DNA from: Spirochaetia bacterium
GTDB lineage: Bacteria; Spirochaetota; Spirochaetia; DSM-2461
NCBI GenBank assembly: GCA_963668315.1
Contig: OY764216.1
Coordinates: 3,040,001 to 3,104,000, forward strand
Direction: 5' to 3'
Length of the DNA stretch: 64,000 nucleotides
The notes below the pieces were generated by a model that worked only from the letters and a program-made list of their open reading frames with translations, ran no database searches and was not told the origin of the DNA. The translations under genes were made by a program, and so were the position numbers. Positions 46,924 to 56,367 of the stretch are shown one piece after another; the first letter of the stretch is position 1, and each line of letters starts with the position of its first letter.

Positions 46924-48483
46924 TTGAAAGAGACCAGCAGGAAGGAGAGCCTCGCTTCGACCTATATCGTCATGTTCTGTACTCTGGGTACCCGTATCCT
47001 GGGATTTGTCAGGGAGGCTCTGGTTAATGCCATCTTCGGCGCCGGGAGCGAAGCGGATGTTCTGCGTACGGTTTTCCGCATCCCCAACAATATGCGCAAG
47101 CTTCTGGCCGAAGGAGCTCTTTCGTCGGCGTTCATCCCCGAACTTTCCCGTCAGCTCATCGAGGATGAATCGGGGGATAAGGCGAGAAAACTCACCGCGA
47201 GCATAATGGGGCTGCTTCTCCTCATCGTGATTCCCCTGACCCTCCTTTTTATTATTTTCCCCGGAGCGGCCATAAACCTTCTGACCCGTTTTGATGATCC
47301 GGATCAGACGGCGCTGGCGGTGAATCTGCTTCCCTATCTTATCACCTATATCCTGTTTGTCAGTATCAGCGCCCTTCTCATGGGGGTTTTGAATTCCCAT
47401 AACCGCTTTTTCGTTCCTGCCGCGACGCCCTTTCTTTTTTCCGTGGCCGTCATCAGCTCCATCCTGCTTTTTCATAAGTCTCTGGGGATATTCGCCATGG
47501 CCGTCGGCGTCATCGCCGGGGGGATCGGCCAGATCCTCTTCCAGGTGGGAACCTTCCGGAAGCTGGGCTACTCCTTGAAGCCTTCCCTGGATTTTTCCTC
47601 TCCCGAGTTCCGCCGGGTCATGAAGAAATGGGGGCCGATTCTTCTGACCTCTTCCATTTTTTCGGTAAATCAGTTTATCGCGGGATATTTTGCCACCATG
47701 CTGCCCGAGGGAAGTGTTTCCGCCCTGGATAATGCCATCGTTTTCTGGCAGCTTCCCTTCGGACTTTTCGTCAATTCCATTATCACCGTTACCTATCCGA
47801 AAATGAGCCGACAAGCAGCGAAGGGGGAGTATGACGGATTAAGGGAGACTCTCTATTACGGCTGGAACGGCCTCATGGCTCTTCTGATTCCTTCGGCGGC
47901 CGGTCTCATGCTGCTGGGAGCCCCGGTCATCTCGGTGGCTATGCAGAGGGGGGCCTTTGAAGCGGCCAATACCATCCTCGCTTCCCGCGTCCTTTTCGCC
48001 TATGGAACAGGACTTCTTTTCGTGGGCGCTTATAACTACACCCAGCGGGTCTATTATGCCCTGGGCGACTATAAAACCCCCATCATGGCTTCGCTCATCG
48101 TTGTCTCCATTGATATACTCTTTACGGTTCTCTTCCTTTTCCTCTGGCACAGGGGAGTGGAAGGATTGGCCTATGCCAACTCCCTGGCCTATCTGACAGG
48201 GATCATATTCTATATCTTTTTTCTGGCCCGCCGTATTCCCCTTAAGGGGGGGATCTCCTTAGCAAAATCGGCGGGGAAGATCGTGGTTTCCCTTGTTCCG
48301 GCCCTGCTGTGGGTACTGCTGCTGAACCGTTTTATGGGATCGGACTGGTGGATGGGGGGTAGCTCTCTTGCCGCCCTCGGAAAGCTTCTCCTTTACGGAG
48401 CGGGATTTGTCCTCATCGTTCTGGTATGCTATACTTTAACCGGTGTGGAATTTCTGTCGATAATAAGAAGAGGGAAAAAATAG
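46924..48483 (+). CDS. murJ: Lipid II flippase MurJ (MviN)
   Basis: RILGFVRE, FRIPNNMRKLLAEGALSSAFIP and QRGAF; many TM helices. Confidence 0.93.
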   Translation: MKETSRKESLASTYIVMFCTLGTRILGFVREALVNAIFGAGSEADVLRTVFRIPNNMRKLLAEGALSSAFIPELSRQLIEDESGDKARKLTASIMGLLLLIVIPLTLLFIIFPGAAINLLTRFDDPDQTALAVNLLPYLITYILFVSISALLMGVLNSHNRFFVPAATPFLFSVAVISSILLFHKSLGIFAMAVGVIAGGIGQILFQVGTFRKLGYSLKPSLDFSSPEFRRVMKKWGPILLTSSIFSVNQFIAGYFATMLPEGSVSALDNAIVFWQLPFGLFVNSIITVTYPKMSRQAAKGEYDGLRETLYYGWNGLMALLIPSAAGLMLLGAPVISVAMQRGAFEAANTILASRVLFAYGTGLLFVGAYNYTQRVYYALGDYKTPIMASLIVVSIDILFTVLFLFLWHRGVEGLAYANSLAYLTGIIFYIFFLARRIPLKGGISLAKSAGKIVVSLVPALLWVLLLNRFMGSDWWMGGSSLAALGKLLLYGAGFVLIVLVCYTLTGVEFLSIIRRGKK

Positions 48484-48499
48484 TTCCCCCGGAGTCGCC

Positions 48500-49912
48500 A
48501 TGAGAAGATTGTCCTTTCTTTTTTCTATATTTTATCTGTCTATTCTCTGTCTCACAGCTCAGGAAAAGGATCCCTATGATACAAGCGGCGCTGCCTTTGT
48601 GGGGGATAATCTCGGAAAGGATAAGGAAGAGGAAGTCCGTTCCATCCGGGATGATAGAAAGGAGATTCTTTTATACGGCATTGAATCGGAGGTGACGGAA
48701 GTCATCGGGCAGATCACCAGGGAGAAGGACGACTCCTATAATGAGGAGCTTATGTCGATTCTGGGAGAGACGGAAAATCCCAATCTTTCGGAAAGCATCT
48801 ACGGCCTTCTTTCTTCCTTCGAAGACAGCCGGGCCGAGGAGATGGCCATTAACGAACTGGAAGCCGTGCTCGATGATTACCGCTATCAGGAAAAGAGAAT
48901 TCTAGCGGCGATAACCTATCTGGGGGATATAAAAAGCGAAAAAGCCGTGGATGTCCTCTATGATCTGGCGAAAAAAGATGAACCGGGGCTGACCGGACGT
49001 GTCATCCTCAATCTGGGGAAGATTGGAGATTCCTCCCGGGCCGGAGAATTGGAAGACCTTTACGAAACCTACCAGGGGGACAGCTCGAACGATATCTCCA
49101 TGAATATCATCTCTGCCTGGGGAGATATGGCGTTCGGTCCCGCCCTGGATACGCTTCTGGAGATTATTGAGGACTCTTCCGCCTCGAATACGGAGCGGGA
49201 ATACGCCGCCGTGGCCCTGGGGAAACTGGGTGACCCTGTCGCCCTTGAACCGCTGATCACCCTCTATAACGATGAGGGCGGTGACAGCATGGTACGGGCT
49301 TTCGCCATATCCGGTCTGATGTATTTTGAAGATGACAGTGTGGAGGATCTGCTGCTCCAGGCATTAAAGAGAGACTCCTACTGGAAAATCCGTGTCACGG
49401 CCTGCGAGGGGCTGGCCCGTATGAAATCTGAGAAAGCCGTGGAAATCCTGGATTTCAAATTGCGCCGCGATTCGGAGAACAATGTGAGAAAAGCCGCCGC
49501 CAGGGCCCTGGGGGAGTACGGAGGCGGGCCGGCGGGAGAAATCCTCATCGACTATTTCCAGAATGAGAGCAATTCCGCTGAAATCCGCCTGGAAGTCCTC
49601 AAGGTTCTGCTGAATAAAAAAATCGACCGGACCGTGAATGCTCTGGAGGAGGTCATGGCTCTTCACTGGGATAAGAAGGATGCACAGCTTGAGTTTATGA
49701 AACGATGCTGTCAGGAGGCTTCCGTGACGGAGTGGTCCGATCTTTCCCGGCTTTTCAGGAGAATGCTGAGCCATGGGGACAACTACATACAGATATACGG
49801 AATTCGGGGGATACGTCTTAACGGTCTGGATTCCCTTTACGGCGATGTGAAGAATCTTGACAGGGACGAAGTGAACGGACTGGTCAGGAGGGAAGCAAAA
49901 TCTCTGGAATAA
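48500..49912 (+). CDS. Exported HEAT-repeat protein
   Basis: Signal peptide; repeats REYAAVALGKLGD, VRAFAISGL, IRVTACEGL and VRKAAARALGE. Confidence 0.85.
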   Translation: MRRLSFLFSIFYLSILCLTAQEKDPYDTSGAAFVGDNLGKDKEEEVRSIRDDRKEILLYGIESEVTEVIGQITREKDDSYNEELMSILGETENPNLSESIYGLLSSFEDSRAEEMAINELEAVLDDYRYQEKRILAAITYLGDIKSEKAVDVLYDLAKKDEPGLTGRVILNLGKIGDSSRAGELEDLYETYQGDSSNDISMNIISAWGDMAFGPALDTLLEIIEDSSASNTEREYAAVALGKLGDPVALEPLITLYNDEGGDSMVRAFAISGLMYFEDDSVEDLLLQALKRDSYWKIRVTACEGLARMKSEKAVEILDFKLRRDSENNVRKAAARALGEYGGGPAGEILIDYFQNESNSAEIRLEVLKVLLNKKIDRTVNALEEVMALHWDKKDAQLEFMKRCCQEASVTEWSDLSRLFRRMLSHGDNYIQIYGIRGIRLNGLDSLYGDVKNLDRDEVNGLVRREAKSLE

Positions 49913-51252
49913 TAACAGCCGGCGACAGACCGCGGGCTCTTCTGATCAATCCGCCTATCTATGATTTTGCCTATTATGATCTCTTTTCCAAACCTTTGGG
50001 GCTGCTCCGTCTGGGGGCCTGGCTGAAGAAGGGCGGATGGGAAACGGTTCATGTAAATGCCCTTGATCCCCATGACAGGGACTCGGTGGAGACCCTGGGA
50101 CCGGTGAAAAGGAAAGCGAACGGTACGGGAAAGATTTTCCGTCAGACCCGGAAATGGCCCGAAGAACGGATCCCTTTGGGAAGCAGACGCTATGCCCGCT
50201 ACGGCATTACCGAGGATTCCCTGTCCAGAAAAATCGCCTCAACCAGGCCGGATCTTATTCTGATCACTTCGGGAATGACATACTGGTATGAAGGAGTCAG
50301 GGAGTCGGTTGAACACTGCCGCCGTATTCATCCGGGCGTTCCCATCGCCGTGGGGGGAATTTATGCGACTCTGATGGAAGAGCATTGCCGCAGAGTCTGT
50401 CAGCCCGATTATGTGCTGACCGGGGAAGGGGAGCAGGCCGTGAGGACCTCTCTGGGGGCACTTTTCCCCCTGCCGGAGGCGCCCCTGACCTGCGAGGCGG
50501 ACTGGGATGATCCCGTCTGGAAGGACAGCGCCGTTATCAGGCTGAACCGTGGGTGTCCGATGAAATGCGAGTACTGTGCATCCCGTCTTCTTGAACCGAG
50601 ATTTCTGCCAGGCGATCCTGATGCCGCCTTCCAGCAGGTTAAATACCTTTATGAAAAGTGGGGAACGGGTAGTTTCGCTTTTTATGATGATGCGCTGCTC
50701 GTACACAGTGACCGGCTGATTAAGCCTTTTCTGGAGAAGATTCTCAACTGGGGGGGGCAGGTCTCTTTTTTTCTTCCCAATGCCGTTCATGCCCGATTCA
50801 TTGACGGGGAGCTTCTGGAATTGATGGCCCGTACGGGCTTTCGCGAAATACGGATGGGTTATGAAAGCTCTTCCGATGATTTTCATGCCCGCCATGACGG
50901 GAAAATCGACCGGGATGTCTTTGAACACACCATAGAACGAATCAAAAAATCCACCTTTCCCCTGGAAAACTGTGCCGCCTACGTGCTGGCCGGATTGCCC
51001 GGCCAGAGATGGGAAGACGTGGATAAGTCCGTGCGTATAGGCTCTTCCTACGGGATCCGCTGCCGTATCGCCCAGTATTCCCCCGTGCCGGGTTCGGCCC
51101 TCTGGAAGGACAGCCTGGCCTTCAGTTCCCTCCCCCTGGAGGAGGAGCCGGTCTATCATAACAGCACCTTTTTTTCCATGGAATGGGAGAAGTTTACAAG
51201 GGAAGACCTGGAAAGAATAAAAAGGCTGTCACGAGAGCTCTCTCCTTGCTGA
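49900..51252 (+). CDS. B12-binding-domain radical SAM protein
   Basis: RGCPMKCEYC (CxxxCxxC), GGIYAT and FYDDALL. The in-frame conserved N-terminus ALLINPPIYDFAYYDLFSKPLG lies upstream of the track start (49996), so the start is placed at ATC 49900. Confidence 0.82.
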   Translation: MSGIITAGDRPRALLINPPIYDFAYYDLFSKPLGLLRLGAWLKKGGWETVHVNALDPHDRDSVETLGPVKRKANGTGKIFRQTRKWPEERIPLGSRRYARYGITEDSLSRKIASTRPDLILITSGMTYWYEGVRESVEHCRRIHPGVPIAVGGIYATLMEEHCRRVCQPDYVLTGEGEQAVRTSLGALFPLPEAPLTCEADWDDPVWKDSAVIRLNRGCPMKCEYCASRLLEPRFLPGDPDAAFQQVKYLYEKWGTGSFAFYDDALLVHSDRLIKPFLEKILNWGGQVSFFLPNAVHARFIDGELLELMARTGFREIRMGYESSSDDFHARHDGKIDRDVFEHTIERIKKSTFPLENCAAYVLAGLPGQRWEDVDKSVRIGSSYGIRCRIAQYSPVPGSALWKDSLAFSSLPLEEEPVYHNSTFFSMEWEKFTREDLERIKRLSRELSPC

Positions 51253-51297
51253 TTTAGCATTGTTTCTTCTTTCCAAACGTGGTAAAGTAAGGCAGAT

Positions 51298-52416
51298 ATG
51301 AGAATACGTTACGGTAGGAATGAGAAGGGAAAGCTTATCCGTCAGGCAGAGATTTATTCCCTTGATGAACATAACATATCCCGGGAACAGATTGACCGGG
51401 ATGCCAGGAAAATAATATCCCGTTTGCATTCTGTCGGCTATGAGGCCTATCTGGTCGGAGGAGCCGTTCGGGATCTTCTTCTGAATAGAAAACCTAAGGA
51501 TTTTGACATCGCCACCGATGCTACCCCCAATCAGATAAAGAGGGTATTCCGTAATTCGCGGATCATCGGGAGACGTTTTCGTCTTGTCCATATTTATTTT
51601 GCCAATGATAAGATAATCGAAGTGGCGACTTTCCGCTCCATCGATTCGGGAGAGAGGGATGAGCAGATCTTCGGAACGGTGGAAGAAGACGCTCTGAGAC
51701 GTGATTTTTCTCTGAACGCTCTTTTTTACGATCCCGATAACGAAGAGATCCTCGACTTCGTCGGCGGTGTCAAGGACATCAGGAAAGGCATCCTCAGAAG
51801 TGTCGTCCCTTTGAATGTCACCTTTGAGGAAGATCCCGTCCGGATGATCAGGGCGGTTAAGTATTCGGTCGGTACGGGAGCACGCATCCCCTATCGGTTA
51901 AAAAGAAAAATCAGGAAATCGGCGGCTCTGCTGCATGACTGTTCCATCTCCCGGATGTCCGAGGAATTGTTTAAGATCCTCAAGTCCGGTACAGCCGAGG
52001 AGTGTTTCAGGACTTTTCGTGAACTGAACCTTTTTGAAACCGTACTTCCCCAGTATTCCATTCTCATGGATGAGAAGGGCCATGATTACGAAACGAAGTT
52101 TTTCAAAGCCATGGAGGCCCTGGACAAGCAGGTGAAAGGGGGAGAGAAGAGACGCTATCACATGCTCTACCTTCTTCTGGACTCCTATCTTGAGGAAACC
52201 GGAGCATTCGACAGGGGTAAACAGACATCCTTCAAGGAAGTTATCAAGCTTTCAAAGGGCGCCTTGAAACCGCTTATCGCTCCCAACCGGGAAATTGACG
52301 AAGCGGTCAAGCAGATCCTTCGTCAAAGAAAAATCTGGAATAATCAGAAGACGACGAGAACCCGAAGCCGGAGAAGAAAGGGAAAGCAGAATACGCCTAA
52401 TCAAGAAGGCGGCTGA
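51298..52416 (+). CDS. pcnB: Poly(A) polymerase I
   Basis: LVGGAVRD, KDFDIAT, PAP signature IIGRRFRLVHI, RRDFSLNA and EDPVRMIRA. Confidence 0.92.
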   Translation: MRIRYGRNEKGKLIRQAEIYSLDEHNISREQIDRDARKIISRLHSVGYEAYLVGGAVRDLLLNRKPKDFDIATDATPNQIKRVFRNSRIIGRRFRLVHIYFANDKIIEVATFRSIDSGERDEQIFGTVEEDALRRDFSLNALFYDPDNEEILDFVGGVKDIRKGILRSVVPLNVTFEEDPVRMIRAVKYSVGTGARIPYRLKRKIRKSAALLHDCSISRMSEELFKILKSGTAEECFRTFRELNLFETVLPQYSILMDEKGHDYETKFFKAMEALDKQVKGGEKRRYHMLYLLLDSYLEETGAFDRGKQTSFKEVIKLSKGALKPLIAPNREIDEAVKQILRQRKIWNNQKTTRTRSRRRKGKQNTPNQEGG

Positions 52417-53509
52417 GCTCTTCGGGTATGATTCCCTCTTTGAGGGTTTCCGCTTTTTTCAGAAGCCTTTCCGCTTCGCTCCTTTCTCCCAGCTGCCAGA
52501 GACAGAGCCCCCGGGAAAACCAGACATCCGCTTGGGGAGCCCCGGCTTCCTCGGCTTTAATAAAGTCTGAAAGGCTTTCGGTGAATAGACCGCGGTCGTA
52601 ATGGATGAGCCCGGTGTAATAATAACCGAGCCATGATTCGTTTAGATCCCTTTCATAAAGGTAGCTCAGCACCCCGTCCCGGTCGCCCTTGTCATAGAGC
52701 GACTTCAACGCGGAGTCGTCACTTTCAGGTTTAATGACGCCAGCCATGAAGGTTACGATATTCCCGTCCAAGTCCTGATCCACCGAATTGATCCATTCAC
52801 CTTTCCGTCCCGTTCTGATCATGGAGATCGTTTCCCAGAGAAGACGGCTTTCCTGTCCCGGAGCTTGAATCAGATAATTGACAAGGGCCCAGGACGATGT
52901 CTGAAAGGATCTGTTATCTACGGCTTCCTCTTCAGGAAGATTCAGGAGAGTTTCTGCAGGTATAACCTGTTCATTCCCGAGAGCCGTCCAGTCCTCATAG
53001 GCACTCCAGTTGAAGGGTATATCGGCGGTATCCCTCTCCTGGGAGGCAAATGTCTCAAAATACCTTGACAGACCGCTTTTGATCCAGAAAGGAGACTCGC
53101 TGTTGCAGGCTTCCAGATACTGGAAGAGGGCCAGCTGTATAAGAGCGACCATCGTTCTCTCCCTGTCCCCGTCATAAAAAACAATTTCCCCCTGGCCCGA
53201 CTCACCCTGTCTTACCAGAGAGTAGCAGTTCCGCTCGTCCCGGGGAGAAATCCCCAGAAAATCGCTCCATTCACCGGAAGATGAGAGTTCGGTAACATAA
53301 AGGGCCGGGAGATTTACGGAAGGCTCACCGGTGAAACGGGTGAACCGGGAATAGAGTTCTTCCATTAAAAGGCCCAGCTGTGCCGTATACTGGGGAGAGT
53401 AGGATGTCCTGATGTGATAATGCTCCGTACTGGATTCATTCAGATCTGCAGGAAATACCAGAAAGGGGAGGACTGAAAGAAAAAAGCAGAGGAGGAAGGA
53501 TTTTCTCAT
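52397..53509 (-). CDS. Exported protein, degenerate zincin-like domain + TPR
   Basis: Signal peptide; SPFWIKSGLSRYFE; C-terminal TPR pair. Confidence 0.6.
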   Translation of the reverse strand: MRKSFLLCFFLSVLPFLVFPADLNESSTEHYHIRTSYSPQYTAQLGLLMEELYSRFTRFTGEPSVNLPALYVTELSSSGEWSDFLGISPRDERNCYSLVRQGESGQGEIVFYDGDRERTMVALIQLALFQYLEACNSESPFWIKSGLSRYFETFASQERDTADIPFNWSAYEDWTALGNEQVIPAETLLNLPEEEAVDNRSFQTSSWALVNYLIQAPGQESRLLWETISMIRTGRKGEWINSVDQDLDGNIVTFMAGVIKPESDDSALKSLYDKGDRDGVLSYLYERDLNESWLGYYYTGLIHYDRGLFTESLSDFIKAEEAGAPQADVWFSRGLCLWQLGERSEAERLLKKAETLKEGIIPEELSRLLD

Positions 53510-54414
53510 TTCTCTTTTTTCCTGTTTGATACGGAGTCTATGGAAAGGGACACTTCATTCAGAATGATGCCGGAGAAACGTTCGATTTTTTCGGCTATAT
53601 ACTTTCTGAGTTTGTATAACTCTTCTGTTATATTATCGCCGTAGAAAGTTTCAATATATACTTTGATATTGTAGGCACCGTTATGGTGGCGGACCTTGAT
53701 TTTTCTTACTTTGATTTCACAGTTGAATTCATCGATGCAATGAAGAATCATCTGTGTCAGGGCGGCTTCGGTGATAGTGACGGTGCCTCTTTTTCCGTTG
53801 GAGTCGAAGTCGGGCTGTACGACGGATTTCTCATAGATGGTGGATTTTTTCTTTTTTCCAAAATTCTTTTTAAACAGAACTTTTATGGAGTCGAGGAAGA
53901 TCCGGGAATAGTCCTTTTCTATCTCTATGCTGGGAACGGGAATGACGTGCTTTCCCTCTTTCCTGGACTTGATGGCCCTTTCTATCTCCTCTTCGCTGGA
54001 AATCTCTTCTATTTTAATGAATTTGGAGACAGGGGGAAGTTCAAGCCGAACGGCGACCTTCTGAACCATCTTCTCCGATGTGCCTATGAGGAGTATGCGG
54101 GGTGACTTCTCTTTTTTTATGGCTTCAAGAACCTCTTGCCTATGGGGAATATCATCAAAAAGAGCCGTTTTGATAGCTCCGACATAATTAGGTTCTTTTT
54201 TGGCAGATCGACCGGCGATGATCATCGTATCTCTAATGAGAAGCCCGTCATCAACCATAAGGGAAATATTATAGTGCTCCGCAACCAGGCGTGCTCTAAA
54301 GCTCTTCCCGGTTCCGCTTTTTCCAACCAGAGCAAAAACTTTTGTACCCGCCATGGACCACTTAATACTGTTTACCGTATTTTTAAGCAATCCTGTTATT
54401 TTCTGTTTATTCAT
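53506..54414 (-). CDS. P-loop NTPase fused to Asp23/Gls24-like C-terminal domain
   Basis: Walker A GKSGTGKS; VDDGLL; AGRSAK; GKHVIPVP; C-terminal GTVTITE...IETFYG...ERFSGI. Confidence 0.7.
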   Translation of the reverse strand: MNKQKITGLLKNTVNSIKWSMAGTKVFALVGKSGTGKSFRARLVAEHYNISLMVDDGLLIRDTMIIAGRSAKKEPNYVGAIKTALFDDIPHRQEVLEAIKKEKSPRILLIGTSEKMVQKVAVRLELPPVSKFIKIEEISSEEEIERAIKSRKEGKHVIPVPSIEIEKDYSRIFLDSIKVLFKKNFGKKKKSTIYEKSVVQPDFDSNGKRGTVTITEAALTQMILHCIDEFNCEIKVRKIKVRHHNGAYNIKVYIETFYGDNITEELYKLRKYIAEKIERFSGIILNEVSLSIDSVSNRKKEK

Positions 54415-54498
54415 TCATATCTAATATAATACAAAAACAGAAAAAAAGGGAAGTTTCTTTTCCTTTTGGCTGAATAATTCGGACCGGGAAATAAATTC

Positions 54499-54741
54499 TT
54501 AGCGGGGTCTTGCCTGGTTGACTTTGAGGTTTCTTCCTTTGAGCAAGCTGCCGTCCAAGGCTTCAATTGCTTTTTCGCCTTCGTCGTCGTTTCCCATTTC
54601 CACGAAACCAAAACCCTTGGAACGACCGGAGTCTCTGTCCATGATAATTTTAGCACTAATGACTTCTCCGAATTCGGAAAAGGCCTGACTCAATTCTTCC
54701 TCTGTCAAAGCATAGGAAAGATTTCCAGCATAGATATTCAT
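54499..54741 (-). CDS. RRM RNA-binding protein
   Basis: RNP2 IYAGNL and RNP1 KGFGFVEM; 80 aa. Confidence 0.95.
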   Translation of the reverse strand: MNIYAGNLSYALTEEELSQAFSEFGEVISAKIIMDRDSGRSKGFGFVEMGNDDEGEKAIEALDGSLLKGRNLKVNQARPR

Positions 54742-54930
54742 AAAGATCCTTTAAAACACGTGTACGTTTAATAAGACTCCACCGAAAAATAAAACGTACA
54801 AACTCATCGACAGAGGTCTGATGTAGAAAATGTATCTCTTTTCCTCTCATTTTACAAGCACTTTCAGGGGAAAATCGGTTTAAACATTGCCTAATTACAA
54901 GGTGAAAGTGTATAATTCCCCAAAGATATC

Positions 54931-54970
54931 TTGACATTACCCTGAATAAATACTAGTAAAATAGTAGTAT
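54931..54970 (+). promoter_or_regulatory. TTGACA -35 element and downstream palindrome (candidate Rrf2 operator)
   Basis: TTGACA at 54931; ATACTAGTA-AAA-TAGTAGTAT (8/9 inverted repeat) over the -10 region. Confidence 0.6.
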
Positions 54971-54997
54971 ATTGCAGGAAAGGTAAGGTTTGTTAAT

Positions 54998-55432
54998 ATG
55001 AAACTATCCACTAAATCCCGTTATGCATCCCGGCTTATGATACGCCTGGCAATGGATAGCAGCCTTGATCCCTTGCAGCTTAATGAGATTTCCAGGAAGG
55101 AAAATATTTCCGAGAAATATCTCAGCCAGATCGTTATTCCCCTGAGAAAAGCGGGACTGATTGAGTCGGTCCGAGGCGCCAGGGGAGGGTATAAGCTGAG
55201 TAGAAGCATAAAGGAAATTTCTCTTCTGGATGTCGTTAATGCCATGGAAGGCGGGGTGGAGATAGTTCACTGTCTCAAGGACGACAAATTGTGTGATAGG
55301 ACTTCATCCTGTACAACCTACCGGGTTTGGGATGATGTAACGAAAGCCATGGAGATGACCCTGGCCCGTTATACATTGGATGTTCTTCTGGATATGATCA
55401 GCTCTTCGGATGATCCGATGAGCGAAATCTGA
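54998..55432 (+). CDS. Rrf2 family transcriptional regulator (IscR/CymR-like)
   Basis: LSTKSRYA, ISEKYLSQI and SVRGARGGY; three Cys (C-x6-C-x5-C). Confidence 0.93.
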   Translation: MKLSTKSRYASRLMIRLAMDSSLDPLQLNEISRKENISEKYLSQIVIPLRKAGLIESVRGARGGYKLSRSIKEISLLDVVNAMEGGVEIVHCLKDDKLCDRTSSCTTYRVWDDVTKAMEMTLARYTLDVLLDMISSSDDPMSEI

Positions 55433-55439
55433 GGTACCT

Positions 55440-56357
55440 ATGAATATTGCCGAGAATATAACAGAACTGGTCGGCCGGACGCCCATGGTCCGGTTGAACC
55501 GCATCGGGAAAGAGGGAGAGATTCTTCTTAAGCTGGAGTATTTCAATCCCCTGGGAAGCGTGAAGGACCGTATCGGAAAATCCATGATAGAAGGGGCGGA
55601 GAAAAGCGGTCTCCTGACCGGAAAAACCACCCTCATAGAACCGACAAGCGGCAACACGGGAATCGCCCTGGCTTTTATCTGTGCTCAGAGGGGATACCGG
55701 CTTATTCTCACCATGCCCGAATCCATGAGTATAGAAAGAAGAAAGTTACTGAGCCATCTGGGAGCTGAGCTTGTTCTCACTCCTGCCGGCAAGGGAATGC
55801 AGGGCGCCATAGACAAGGCCGTGGATCTGTCCCAGTCGATACCGGACAGCCTGATTCTTCAGCAGTTCGCCAATAAGGATAATCCCGCCGCCCACAAGAG
55901 GACGACGGCCCCTGAGATCTGGGATGATACGGAAGGACAGTTCGATATTTTTCTCGCCGCCGTGGGAACGGGGGGGACGGTAACGGGTAACGGAGAATTT
56001 TTCAAGGGAAAGAACTCCTCCATCCAGGTTTATGCCGTCGAGCCCGCCGGCTCGCCGGTCCTCTCCGGAGGAAAACCGGGGCCCCATAAAATCCAGGGAA
56101 TAGGGGCCGGTTTCATCCCGGATGTCTTGAACCGTGAGATTCTGGATGGGGTATTGACCGTTTCGGCAGAGGAAGCCGGTGCCATGGCCCGGCGACTCGC
56201 CAAAGAGGAAGGCATTCTTGTGGGAATATCGGCAGGAGCCAATGTGAGAGCTGCTGAAATGCTGCTTGAGAGACCGGAAAACAGGGGGAAACGAATTGTG
56301 ACCATAGCCTGTGATACGGGGGAACGCTATCTGAGCACCTGGCTCTTTGAGAAATGA
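55440..56357 (+). CDS. cysK: Cysteine synthase A
   Basis: NPLGSVKDR, EPTSGNTG, GTGGT, HKIQGIG and DTGERYLS. Confidence 0.97.
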   Translation: MNIAENITELVGRTPMVRLNRIGKEGEILLKLEYFNPLGSVKDRIGKSMIEGAEKSGLLTGKTTLIEPTSGNTGIALAFICAQRGYRLILTMPESMSIERRKLLSHLGAELVLTPAGKGMQGAIDKAVDLSQSIPDSLILQQFANKDNPAAHKRTTAPEIWDDTEGQFDIFLAAVGTGGTVTGNGEFFKGKNSSIQVYAVEPAGSPVLSGGKPGPHKIQGIGAGFIPDVLNREILDGVLTVSAEEAGAMARRLAKEEGILVGISAGANVRAAEMLLERPENRGKRIVTIACDTGERYLSTWLFEK

Positions 56358-56367
56358 GGTATAAATT

